From Octopus bimaculoides (Eukaryota), in the NCBI RefSeq assembly GCF_001194135.2, contig NC_068992.1:51765337-51829336 (forward strand): a stretch of 64,000 nucleotides of DNA. Direction: 5' to 3'. A program made the translations under genes and the position numbers. The notes beneath the pieces were generated by a model. That model did no database searches, was not told where the DNA came from, and saw nothing but the letters and a program-made list of their open reading frames with translations. Numbering within the stretch: position 1 is the stretch's first letter; each line of letters begins with the position of its first letter. Shown one piece after another: positions 27,306-39,061 of this stretch.

Positions 27306-27667
27306 GCAAATGAAAGACAAAAGATGGAATATACAAGAATTTATTATTAATCACAACAATTGTTTCAACACTTCCAGCATTGATGCCTCATGGGTTGGAC
27401 ACTCAACAACTGGTTCAGGAGCATCCAGTGGTGCAGATGTATCTCGTCGGGTGATAAATAAATACAACTCATCAAAATGACTGATCCGCAACGTAACTTC
27501 TCGTTTTGTAGAAAGAAAAGCAGCCAGATGGAGGAAATATCTTCATTTATATAGAAGGTAACAAAAATAAAATCACGGATGGCAAAAAGAGAAACGAACA
27601 CACACTCCAGCTTGAAAAGTATTTAAAATAATCGTTAATAGGTATGGACGTATTAGCGTCCTCAGGC
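27302..27667 (-). mobile_element. LTR-like fragment inserted in a (TA)n tract
   Basis: Minus strand has TATATAAAT near 27550, AATAAA about 35 nt before a ...TTTGCCACA end that abuts (TA)n. CpG content is higher than in the flanks. The other end is cut by a family E tail. Confidence 0.35.
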
Positions 27668-27764
27668 AACCCATGCTAGCATGGAAAGTGGACATTAAAC
27701 GATGATGATGATGATTTACATTATTTACATTTGACATATATTTGTCCTCATCTTGTTTGTTGTT

Positions 27765-27807
27765 AACACGTTTCAGCTGATACACCCTCCAGCTTTCGTC
27801 AGGTGTC
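27765..27807 (-). ncRNA. Minimal type I hammerhead ribozyme motif (Penelope-type), stem III/I damaged by a ~3-nt deletion
   Basis: Minus: GACAC CTGACGA A AGCTG gagggtgtat CAGCT GAAA CG TGTT. Intact core boxes and a perfect 5-bp stem II. Confidence 0.7.
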
Positions 27808-27833
27808 TTGGGGAAGGTATTTTTCGATGTTGC

Positions 27834-27865
<32 letters not shown>

Positions 27866-28155
27866 TCTCTGCCTGGAATCGAACTCAGAATCTTGGGGTT
27901 AGTAGCCTGCGTTCTTAACCACTATGCCCATGCTGATAACCACTGTGCCTGTGCTCTTAACCACTATGCCATATGCCCATGGGCATATGGCATAGTGGTT
28001 AAGAGCGCAGGCTACTAACCCCAAGATTCCGAGTTCAATTCCTGGCAGTGACCTAAATAATAATAATAATTATAATAATAATAACAACAACAACAACAAC
28101 AACAACATCGAAAAATATCTTAGGAACGAGAACCCAGGTTCAAAATTTCTCCAAC

Positions 28156-28198
28156 ACACCTGATGAAGGTTGGAGGGTATATCAGCCAAAACTTTGTG
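28156..28198 (+). ncRNA. Minimal type I hammerhead ribozyme motif, core-mutated (GAAA to AAAA)
   Basis: ACAC CTGATGA A GGTTG gagggtatat CAGCC AAAAC TTT GTG. Confidence 0.6.
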
Positions 28199-28719
28199 CT
28201 AACAACAAACAAAATGAGGACAAATATCCGTCAAATGTAAATAATGTAAATAATGGAAATAGAGACTGTCTTTTACTTTCACACCACTACCTCACTCAAC
28301 CTTATTGTTGCCTGATACTAATCTCATATATTCTTGTAAATTCCACTTTGACCAATTACATACTTCAGCTACTTTCTCTCTTCCTCAGGTAGTATTTTCA
28401 TGAAAATCTCACATGTTCTAATATCCTTTACTTTTCCTTTTCTCATAAGGGAAAGACATCATGCATTTTATATTATGCCTGCCACATTATTCTGTATTTG
28501 TTTGTTAATATTATTTCCTCCTAGTTATAAATCACTGTCCATTGTATTGTAAATTGTAAACCTTTGTAATGCTCCATTTTTCATGATAATAAATATCACT
28601 TTTGTTATATTTATAATCATGGACATTCTCCAGAGGAGTGATCTTGGGTCTTTCAAAGTTGAAACTATTACGAATCAACATAAGATGATAGATGAGAGCT
28701 TTTTTTTTTTTCCTGTTTG

Positions 28720-29090
28720 TATGTATATGTCATTGCCATCAGCGTTGACCCATTTCCAAGTAGTTAATCTGTAGTGAGTGTTTGAACCTCTTCATCTTGA
28801 TGAGTGCAAAGGGTGCCAGTTCCTGAGATGGTTGTTCAAGCCAAGGGTGGTGTAGAAGAGCTGGGAGCATTTGTCACAGGAGAGGGTTGGTAGTGGATAA
28901 TGAAGTGTGAGTATTTCTTTGTGTCTTCGATATCTAATCTCTGCTTCTTAACATCTGTTATTTTTCATCTGCTACAATCCCTCGACAATTACATGCTACA
29001 ACTTTGGGTGATCCCCGGCAATTCTCTCCCAAGAATTTGGGTCAATGGAGCATTAGAGGAGAGTGGCTTACCTGAATCATATGTCTCCTA
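28720..29090 (-). mobile_element. RTE (BovB-like) LINE 3' ORF end with C-terminal Cys/His motif
   Basis: Minus: WERIAGDHPKL*HVIVEGL*QMKNNRC*EAEIRYRRHKE...LSCDKCSQLFYTTLGLNNHLRNWH. Matches the RTE WE..A.DR..WR and C..C...F....GL..H.R pattern. Confidence 0.8.
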
Positions 29091-29269
29091 GCTAATATTT
29101 ATCTCAGTTAACCCTAATTGTAGATAGATATAAAGTAAATACTAACAACCATTTTACTCATAAAATTGAAAGACGAAATTAAATACATCAAGTTCAGTGT
29201 TTAATATTTCTGATAGTCAACCACCTTCAAAAGCAATAAAAAACTGGCCCTCTGTAGGTTATGACTACT

Positions 29270-29568
29270 AGGGTTCCAGTTTATCTGATCAACGGAACAG
29301 CCTTGCTCATGAAATTGATGTGCATATGGCAGAGTACTCCACAGACATGTGTATCCTTAATGTAGTTCTCAGTGAGATTCAGTGTAACACAGAGTGTGAC
29401 AAGGCTGGCCCTTTGAAATACAGGTACTACTCACTTTTATCAGCTGAGTGGAGTGGAGCAATGTGAAATTATGTGCCTTACTCAAGGACACAATGTGTCA
29501 CCAGGAATTGAACTCATGACCTTACGATTGTAAGCTAACTACTCTAACCACTAAGCTACATGCCTTCA
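29270..29568 (-). mobile_element. SINE family C variant (family C tail, different head and body)
   Basis: Tail matches 14630-14780. The head is TGAAGGCATGTAGCTTAGTGGTTAGAG...GAGTTCAATTCC, followed by GTGTCCTTGAGTAAGGCAC and TCCACTCAGCTG. Confidence 0.75.
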
Positions 29569-29997
29569 TTCACAAGCAATAATTAACAAGGATTTCTTAT
29601 ACTGGTATATGATGATGATAATTTTTTTTTAGAGGTTTACTCTACTGAAGGGTCTCCAAGTAGACTCTACTTCCTATTTTATTGTCCTGAAGAGATGAAA
29701 AATCAATCAATCCAGGCAGAGTTAAATGGTTTCATATACAACACTAAATTAACCCTAAAACATAACTGGTACATAGTTTATCAAATCTGAAATTATGAAA
29801 TTGTTCCTACATGTTTTAACATAATTATAATGGAACATAGTTATACATTGTAAAGCATTCAGACTAGCATCTTACCATTTCTTCACTGGTTCCTATGTTA
29901 TTGAATCAGTTGAGAAGTGAGATAAAAATCAATCCAATCCCGAGAGAAATATTCAGTGGTTTCTCATATTGGAACAAAGATACATAGATTCTTGAGT

Positions 29998-30400
29998 TGT
30001 TTGCTTGCTTCATGCTCTTGGTTGATGGGGTTGGGGCCATTCCAAGTTAGTGGCCCCAGAGGTGTCATAATGGGTAGAGCTGACCAGATCTATCAAATAA
30101 TCTCCATGCCAGCATCTCTACATCCTCCAAGGTGATGTTGAGCCTCTGGAGATCTTCCCCAATCATGTCCAGCCATTTGGTGCAGGGTCTGCCACAAGAG
30201 CTCTTCCAGCCCGCAACTGCTATGTCAAATGAGAATAAAGCCCCAGTAAGATGATCTATTGGGAGGCAGAGGACATGTCCATACCAGCACATGCAATGGA
30301 TAGCTATTTAGTGAGAGGCTGCAGACTGATGTGTGTGCACATACAGTTCTTTGCTGGAAATGTGATGGCAGTGCCGAGAGTTGTGTGCAGGTGAATGGGA
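29998..30400 (-). mobile_element. RTE-clade LINE 3' end
   Basis: HHISSKELYAHTSV then (frameshift) CWYGHVLCLP...GRPCTKWLDMIGEDL, similar to RLRWFGHV.RM...GRP...W.D.I..DL. (CAAG)-like tail near 30000. Confidence 0.8.
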
Positions 30401-30814
30401 AGAACTCTGACTAGCTCCCCATCAACAATGGAGTTATACAAGGCTAAATGGCCACCCCCTAACATTTTCAGCTGTGTCAATTACCTGATGACTCTTAGGT
30501 CAACCCAAGAATATGACTAGTATATATTTACCAACATTAAAATAAGAAAATTCACCTGGCAAGTTTTTAATTTGATTTGAAATATAACTAAAATACTGCA
30601 AAGCATTCCAGACCAGGACTCTAACATTTCTTCACTGCATCAAATATAATAATTATCTAAAAGAAAGCAATTTTGTCTCCTCTTACTGTAAACCAAAATT
30701 CCATTTAACTGATAATATCATACTGAATGGAAACATTACTATAATTACAGCCACTTTTGTTGATATCATTACATGCATTTGTGATAAATATTAACATAAA
30801 AAGTGCAAGATATC

Positions 30815-31097
30815 AGGAAAATGGATATACAGACAGGAGAGTAAATGGACACATAGATATGACAGAAAATGCATATGTAGACAGGAAAAAAAAATAGATA
30901 TGTAGATATGTGAAAAATGGGGTATATAGACATAAATGAGAAAATGTATCTATATATACACACATGAGAATATATGGATGTATAGACATGAGAAATGATT
31001 GGGATATACAGACATAAGAGAAAATGGATGTAGAAATAGGAATGAAGATAAATATATAGACATGAGAGAAAATAGATGTATAGACATGTGAGAAACT
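30815..31097. repeat. Degenerate minisatellite, ~24-28-bp unit (GAGAAAATGGATATATAGACAT-like), about 11 copies
   Basis: Recurrent AAAATGGAT...TAGACATG motifs. Confidence 0.75.
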
Positions 31098-31428
31098 ATT
31101 TGAATATATCCTTTCAATCTCATGTAACTGATGTAGCACTGATAAGAGCAAGTTTCATGTTTAGTGGAGAGATTCAGACATTATTAGTGAATTCAGCAGA
31201 GGAATCAAACTAGTATCTCTCTAAACACACATGCATACATACATACATACATACATACATACATACATGCATACATACATACATACAGACAGACAGAAAG
31301 ACAGACAGACAGACAGATAGTCATCTAAATATATGTGTGCATGTGTGTGTGTGTGTACATATATAGTCACAAACAACAATATACACATATACACACACAC
31401 ATTTATACATACACATATATACATACAT

Positions 31429-31541
<113 letters not shown>

Positions 31542-31957
31542 CATATTGATGTATAGAATTGTAAGAGTAGGGCTATTGCGGTTTTCATTCAAGCAGAGAT
31601 TCAAATGAATCAATGTGGAGAAAGAGAGGAGCACGAGTGAATACAATTCAAAAGACTAACGCAAGTTCTAAGCAGAAGATTAAACAACATAGCTTCGCTG
31701 CATTATATATGTTCAGGCCCTGAAGGAGTTTCACAGTGATGATCACAGCCTAAAAACTAAGTGAGATAAATGAGGTAGACAGAAGAAGAAATTAACAGAC
31801 AATAGCCAGGGACACACCTAGAAGTCAGGCCAACAGAGATTGATGCTGTATATCCAGGAGATTGAACACAATAACAATGAGAAAAAAAAAAAGAAATCAA
31901 TAGTTATTGTGTTTGATTATGAGTTTATATATAGACATATATGGGTTTGTATATTTT

Positions 31958-32006
<49 letters not shown>

Positions 32007-32096
32007 TTATTTCTGCATGATGTGTGTGTATGGGTGTCTGAATGGATGCTTATAGATGCATGCACATACATATTCATATATATATATATTTGTGTA

Positions 32097-32144
<48 letters not shown>

Positions 32145-32782
32145 NNNNNNNNNNNNNNNNNNNNNNNNNNNNNNNNNNNNNNNNNNNNNNNNNNNNNNNN
32201 NNNNNNNNNNNNNNNNNNNNNNNNNNNNNNNNNNNNNNNNNNNNNNNNNNNNNNNNNNNNNNNNNNNNNNNNNNNNNNNNNNNNNNNNNNNNNNNNNNNN
32301 NNNNNNNNNNNNNNNNNNNNNNNNNNNNNNNNNNNNNNNNNNNNNNNNNNNNNNNNNNNNNNNNNNNNNNNNNNNNNNNNNNNNNNNNNNNNNNNNNNNN
32401 NNNNNNNNNNNNNNNNNNNNNNNNNNNNNNNNNNNNNNNNNNNNNNNNNNNNNNNNNNNNNNNNNNNNNNNNNNNNNNNNNNNNNNNNNNNNNNNNNNNN
32501 NNNNNNNNNNNNNNNNNNNNNNNNNNNNNNNNNNNNNNNNNNNNNNNNNNNNNNNNNNNNNNNNNNNNNNNNNNNNNNNNNNNNNNNNNNNNNNNNNNNN
32601 NNNNNNNNNNNNNNNNNNNNNNNNNNNNNNNNNNNNNNNNNNNNNNNNNNNNNNNNNNNNNNNNNNNNNNNNNNNNNNNNNNNNNNNNNNNNNNNNNNNN
32701 NNNNNNNNNNNNNNNNNNNNNNNNNNNNNNNNNNNNNNNNNNNNNNNNNNNNNNNNNNNNNNNNNNNNNNNNNNNNNNNNNN

Positions 32783-32823
<41 letters not shown>

Positions 32824-33021
32824 CATATTTATATATATGTATATGTCTATATATACATATATATGTATATTACATATTCATATCTATATATACATATATA
32901 TGTATATTACATATTCATATATATATATTCATTTATATGTATATTACATATTCATGTATATATTCATTTATATATATATATATATATTACATGTACATCT
33001 ATACATATGTATGTAATATGG

Positions 33022-33052
<31 letters not shown>

Positions 33053-33665
33053 CAGTCATGCATGGATATACACGCACAGTGAATCCTCATATTATGCTGG
33101 CATAGTTTGGACATTTTTATAAGGCAATGTTTTATGGCCAGATGTCGCTCTTCCTGTTAGCAACCCCCTTAGTTACCATTTGCAATCCATATAAACAACT
33201 GTATGTCTATTCTAAACTGGAGGTATGCATGGAAATGTTGAGCGAAATCATGGCATACAACTGGGAGTTTCCATGAAATAACCTGTTGCAAGGAATACAA
33301 TAAACTTGCAGATGGAGCAAAGTTGAAGCGAAATGGAAGGTGAAAATCTGGTGGAATTGTGAAGTAAAATAGAGCCTTCAATGCTAAAAGAAATGTTTGG
33401 AGAAGCTGGATGAAAAGAAAGATATAAAAAAAACCCCAACAATTCCAAGTTGCTAGAAGGAATATGAGACATCAAGTATATCATATATCTAAGTGCAAGA
33501 ACGAAATTTGCTTAGGGAGGGCAAATCTATGTCCAACCTTGGCTATTCAAAGTGTTTTCATTACCCCCACCTAGTTTTAGGGGATGCACTTGTACTCCCT
33601 AAACATTCTGTTCCTGAGCCTATGGGAAAAGTTAAGCAGGCGATTTGTGCTTGTTCTAACTTGAG

Positions 33666-33990
33666 AAGGTGTATGGCTCATTGGTTAGAGCATCCAGCTC
33701 ACAATCATGAGGTTGTGAGTTCGATTCCCAGACCTGACTGTGTTGTGTTCTTGAGTAAGATGCCTTATTTCATGTTGTTCCAGTTCACTCAGCCATAGAA
33801 ATGTGTTGCGATGTCACTGGTGCCATGCTGTATCAGCCTTTGCCTTTCCCTTGCATGACATCGGTGGTTGTTATGTATGGGCAACCACTGGCCTTCTATA
33901 AACAAATTTACCAGGACTTGTGCTTCAGAGGGTAACTTTCTATGTGCAATTGCAATCCCATGGTCATTCATGACTGAAGGGGGCCTTTAA
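33666..33990 (+). mobile_element. tRNA-derived SINE family D
   Basis: GGCTCATTGGTTAGAGC A-box, GAGTTCGATTCC B-box, CCAGTTCACTCAGC central motif. Homologous to 42985-43295. Confidence 0.8.
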
Positions 33991-34089
33991 CTTGAGAAGG
34001 TAATACACAAGAGGTAGCATATCAGTGTGAATATAGTTGCCATTGAGTATATATAGGAGTAAGGAACAATAAGCAGTGTACATGCCATC

Positions 34090-34750
34090 GTTGATCCTGA
34101 AAAATAAAGAAGGCTGCTGAATATGAAAAATGCACAGGAGAGAGGGAAAGGGGTCTACACCAAATATTTGCGGTAAAGGAACCCAACTGACAGCAGTCTG
34201 AGTGAAGGAGTGATTAGAGATGTAGAGAAAGGGAATGCAGCAGAACCTTCAGGCAGAGTTGTTGAGAGGCTGAAAATTATCTGGTGAAGGTGGACATATG
34301 CTCATCCTTCACATAGTCAATGAGGTAATAAGGGTAATGTCTTGTCAAATTACTGATGCTGCTGCATTTTAATCATCTGCAACGAAAGCAAAAGTGTTCT
34401 ACAATGAATCAACAACTGAACCATCAAACTGACAGATCAGGATAAGAATGTAATAGAGAGAGATTTAGCACAAATGATTATGAAGCCATTTAGCTGAGAT
34501 GAGAAGCAGTTTGGCTTTGTTCCAGAATTAAGTACAACTGAAGTCATCTTCATTATGAGACATCTATACAAATATTTCACTAAGAACAAATCAAGCATCC
34601 TCTGATTTGAAGAAACTGTTTGACAAGGAGTTATGCTCTGAAATACTCTTGTTAATCTGGTAGCTGCAAAGAAAATGAAATGCAGATGAATTTTTTTGAG
34701 AGATTTGCAAGCCATATGTAGAAATGTCAGCTTGGTGAACGTTAGTAATG
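34090..34750 (+). mobile_element. RTE LINE reverse-transcriptase N-terminal fragment, degenerate
   Basis: DSSLSEGVIRDVEKGNAAEPSG... and NVIERDLAQMI...DEKQFGFVPELSTTEVIFIMRHL, similar to K.GKAPGPSG and EMQFGF.PGRSTTDAIF..RQL. Confidence 0.8.
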
Positions 34751-34855
34751 AGTTCACCTACACATATATACACACACAAACTTGCACATACTTCATACTG
34801 TCACGTGTGTATGTATATATATATATTAGAAGGTTTGGAGGTGATGTACAGGTAT

Positions 34856-35100
34856 TATATATTAGAAAAAAATAAGTTTCTCAGAGATTTAGATGGTTGT
34901 ACATTTACAAGTTTTTATTAATATGTCACATGTTTTTATAAATCATATGTTAGCACTTGCATCTATTCTAATAGATTCTTCAGATTTGAAGAATCTATTT
35001 GAGTAGATGAAAGCGCTAATATACAATTTATAAAAACATGTGACATATTAATAAAAACCTGTAAATGTACAACCATCCAGCTCTCTGAGTACCTTATTAT

Positions 35101-35113
<13 letters not shown>
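34856..35113. mobile_element. Foldback (fully palindromic) MITE in TA context
   Basis: About 125-bp arms around a GATT loop (34983-34986), e.g. GATGGTTGTACATTTACA / TGTAAATGTACAACCATC. Roughly 85-90% arm identity by eye. Confidence 0.85.
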
Positions 35114-35141
<28 letters not shown>

Positions 35142-36689
35142 CTAATCATTTATTATATGTCTAAAATCTTTGTCTGCCAGATGGAAGGTCGAACGACTGC
35201 TGTGCCAATGATACCTATTGAGGAAGAAACATGTGTCAACAGCTGTCCTCTTGTCTCCAGAAAATCAGGCTCTGTTTTGCTTTATAGCACATATCATTTC
35301 TAGAGAATTCTTGGTTCTTGAGATTATCTTCTCTTCCCATTTAGACTCGGTCCCAATTCCCACCCAGAAAATGTTTTATCTTCTCTTGAAGCAAAGCTAT
35401 GTTCAATAAATCAAGAATTTATTTTGCATAGCTTTTAATATGCATTTAATCATTCTAATTTATATGCATATATGCACACACACACACACTCACATATATA
35501 GACACACAGAGACACACATGTATGTATGTATGTATGTATGTATGTATGTATGTATCTATCTATATATATAAATATATATAAACATATACACACATGTATA
35601 AATTTACTTATATATATATATATATATATATATGTGCATGTGTGCATATTTATGCATACACACACACACACACGCACATATGCCTACACACATCTGAAAC
35701 ATATGTATAGATAGACCCCCCCCCCACACACACACACACAAACACACATGAACACAAAGTCGTAATACACAATCATACATGCTTGTATATGTGTGCATGT
35801 GTGTGTGAAAAAAATTGTATCTAAAGAAAACAGGATGGACAGTCTGAAACAATGGCTGACAAGAATAATAGCAAAAACACCACCACCACCACTACCATCA
35901 CCACCACCACCACCAACAACAACACCAACAACAACAGCAGCAGCAGCAACAACAGCAATAATAATAATAATAATAATAACAGTAATAATAATAGCTTTGT
36001 AAATGCAATATGAAATAGAAACGATTTGCGAAGTGATTGACTATTTAGTATGAAGCAGCAATTTGTTTGAAAGACGAGTTCAAAGAAATAATGATGAATG
36101 GATGTATTGGAGAATGTTGTCCAACTATTGTACTTGGTTATAGAAGGGGAAAATATAGGTATGGTGTGAGATGAGAGAGGTTGTCTGATTGATTTCTGGA
36201 ATAAAATCAAATGTAGAAAAACCTAAAAACTTCAACAAATTAAGATGATAAAATAATACAAGCCTCTGTTGATAAGATCCATCCTTCTACACTGTGTCAT
36301 TTTAATATCTGATTAACCTTACAGAAATTAGATTGAAGGGGTTTGAAACCTGTCTCATTTCATTTGTAAAGACCAATAAATACAAATCTAATTTAATTAC
36401 TTCTTTTCAAATGCCTGATTGTTTATTGTCATAGGGAGTGTCTTCATTGTGACATTGTTGTATTTCTGCCCCTATCAGATATTTTTATCAGTTAAGGTCA
36501 TTGCTAAGTGGTTTGACAGAATGTGATGGGTCAGAAAACTGCATCATACACAAGTGTGTGCTTTGGCATGGTTTCTACGGCCAGACATCCTTCTTAACAC
36601 CAACCATTTTACAACATGTATTGGTTGCTTCTTTTGTGCTTCTTTTATGCCACCAGAGCAAATGAGGTCGTGGTGCAGCTCAAGAAAAT

Positions 36690-36905
36690 ATGAACCTTGA
36701 GGCTGGCAACTTTATTCTAGGAGATGAAAAAGTGAAAGTATGAGAGAAGGAGCCAAAGCAGGAAAGTTTAACTTGCTGTAGAGGGGCTAAATGGTTAAAT
36801 CGTGTTTTAAAAGTGACTGTTGGAATAATCAGGTGGAGCTGGAAAGCCGTAAAAACAACCATGAGGAGAAGTCAGAGTGAACCATTCAAGGTCAAAGTAG
36901 GTTGA
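36690..36905 (+). mobile_element. Very degenerate RTE RT fragment
   Basis: KAVKTTMRRSQSEPFKVKVG resembles A.TTVR...TE.F.VKVGLHQG. Confidence 0.35.
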
Positions 36906-37451
36906 AATGAATGGAGATGAGGGAGCAGCAATGTGGGTGGAGGTTGCATGAGTATGTGTTGAGTGAGTGATAGGAAATGGCTGAGGTGAGGGAAGAGTAG
37001 GTGACAACTGTAAAGATTGTTTAGGGTTGAAGAGTGGATGCAGTGAATGGTGGATGACTAATGATATGGGGGTTAGGGAAGAGAGGGAGAGTAGGAGATG
37101 ACTGAGAGTGTGGAGTAGCCCATGCCATCATAGATACATCTATTGAACATGTGTTAACAACATCTTTTACTCACTCTTACTCCAGAGTTATTTCCACTCT
37201 AAACTCACTTTGTATCTTACCATTTATCATCATCATCATCATCATAATCATCACCAATATCATTTTACATCAGGTCTGACATGCCTACGTGGATCAGATA
37301 GAGTTTATTGAGGTAGATTTTGTTTCCAGTCATAAATCCTCACTTGCTTCCATGTTAGAAAATATTTCTCCATGGCCAGACATGTTTGCACAGAAGACTG
37401 AAAACGAAGGACACTGCTTGAATGAGGTGACACTTAAAGGTCAAGATACAG

Positions 37452-37497
<46 letters not shown>

Positions 37498-39061
37498 ACA
37501 CACACACAGTTGAATACTTACACCCATGCATCCATACATATACCTGACCTTTTGCAGTTTCTACTCATCAAATCTATTAGGTAGAAATGAGATAGGTAGA
37601 AGAGTGAGAAATGGGGGTGGGTTGAGTGAGAGATAGCAAATGGCTGAGGTGAGGGAAGAGTAGGTGACAACTGTAAAGGTTGGATAGGGCTGGATAGTGC
37701 AGAGAAGCCAATGCCATCATAGACACATAGGCTTTAGTCAAACTGGGGCTATAAAAGAAGCAACACACAGTTGGACTGATCCTTTAACTAGGCAGTTAAG
37801 AAACACACTCTTAAACCACACAGCCAAGCCTGTTTCCTCATATATTATCATGTTACATGTAGCACATCATCCAACATGTTAACTATACTTTTTCTGTTCC
37901 TTCACTTAGTTCCATGCTATAATAACTTCACTTTATAAATTGTCACATTACAAACAGCAGATTATCTGCATAGATACATCTCTCCAAGATGTATTAACTG
38001 TAACTTGTTTTTACTCACCATGTCTCTTTAGTTTACTTCTGTATTAGCCTCACTTCATAAATGATATCATTACATTGAACAGACAATTCAGAATGTGTTC
38101 TTACTTGGTTGCTATACATTTTCATATATTTACATTTACATTCCTAGTTTCACTGCTGTACAGCAACTGGCAGTTTAACATTCACTTCATTTCTTCAATC
38201 TATGATATAAAACAGTGCAGTCTTTAAGCCCTGTTACTATCACATTGTGTCTATATCAGATCTTCCCATTATTTGTCAAATCATCTAAACAACATTTGGT
38301 TAATGAGATTAGGGAAAAGCTTGAAACACTGACAATAGTGTTAGCACAATTTACTGAAAATTTCTGACAGAAGTCACCTGAGAATTCTTGTTCTGTGATT
38401 CCTTAAACAGCTCTAAACCTTTAGCAATTGTCATTTTATATGAATCGTATCTTTACAATTGTGTCACCTAGCTAACAGATCTTATCTTCCATTTACAGCA
38501 AGGCATCAAGATATGGCAGCGCGTGATGTTAGCTAAAAGACAATAGCATTGAATGGAGCCATTGTTCACATTCTATCTGGGGATTCTCTTGTAATTATTT
38601 CATTCTAAATACATCTTTGATTCCACAAATATATAAAGTAGCCCTCTTAAATCAGTAAGGAGATAGAGCTGTATTTTACGTGTTTGATCTTCTTGTAAAA
38701 TATCAATGAAATCTTCCTCAAAAAGTACTCAAACATTCTAACTCTGAATATTGCACTACAAGACATAATTCAAAATATAGTAAACTGCTAAATAAAAGAG
38801 TTGATCATGGATGAAATGCTTTCACTACTGCTTTGTTCAATCAGGGCTGATGTGGGACTAAACTGTAGCAGAAACAACAACAGCCACAATAACAACAACC
38901 TATTTTCCATGCTATTCAACCCATCAGTTTAAGAGTATGCTTTGCAACACAAGATTTCAGGCTCACTTCTAATGTACAGCTTCTTAAGGAAAAGTCTTCT
39001 GTTAGAACTCTGAGCTGACTAAGAGCTTGTGAGTGAATTTAGTACATGAAAAAGGTGAGAA

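Larger units (their letters stand above)
27714..28254. mobile_element. Head-to-head palindromic pair of a tRNA-derived SINE with (AAT)n spacer and Penelope-like hammerhead-bearing tail
   Basis: Perfect 54-bp palindrome 27953-28006, centred at 27979/27980. Each arm reads GGCATAGTGGTTAAG (A-box), CTACTAACCCCAAGATT, GAGTTC(A/G)ATTCC (B-box), (AAT)n, AACATCGAAAAATA, hammerhead-like core, GAGGACAAATAT..GTCAAATGTAAATAATGTAAAT. Confidence 0.85.
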
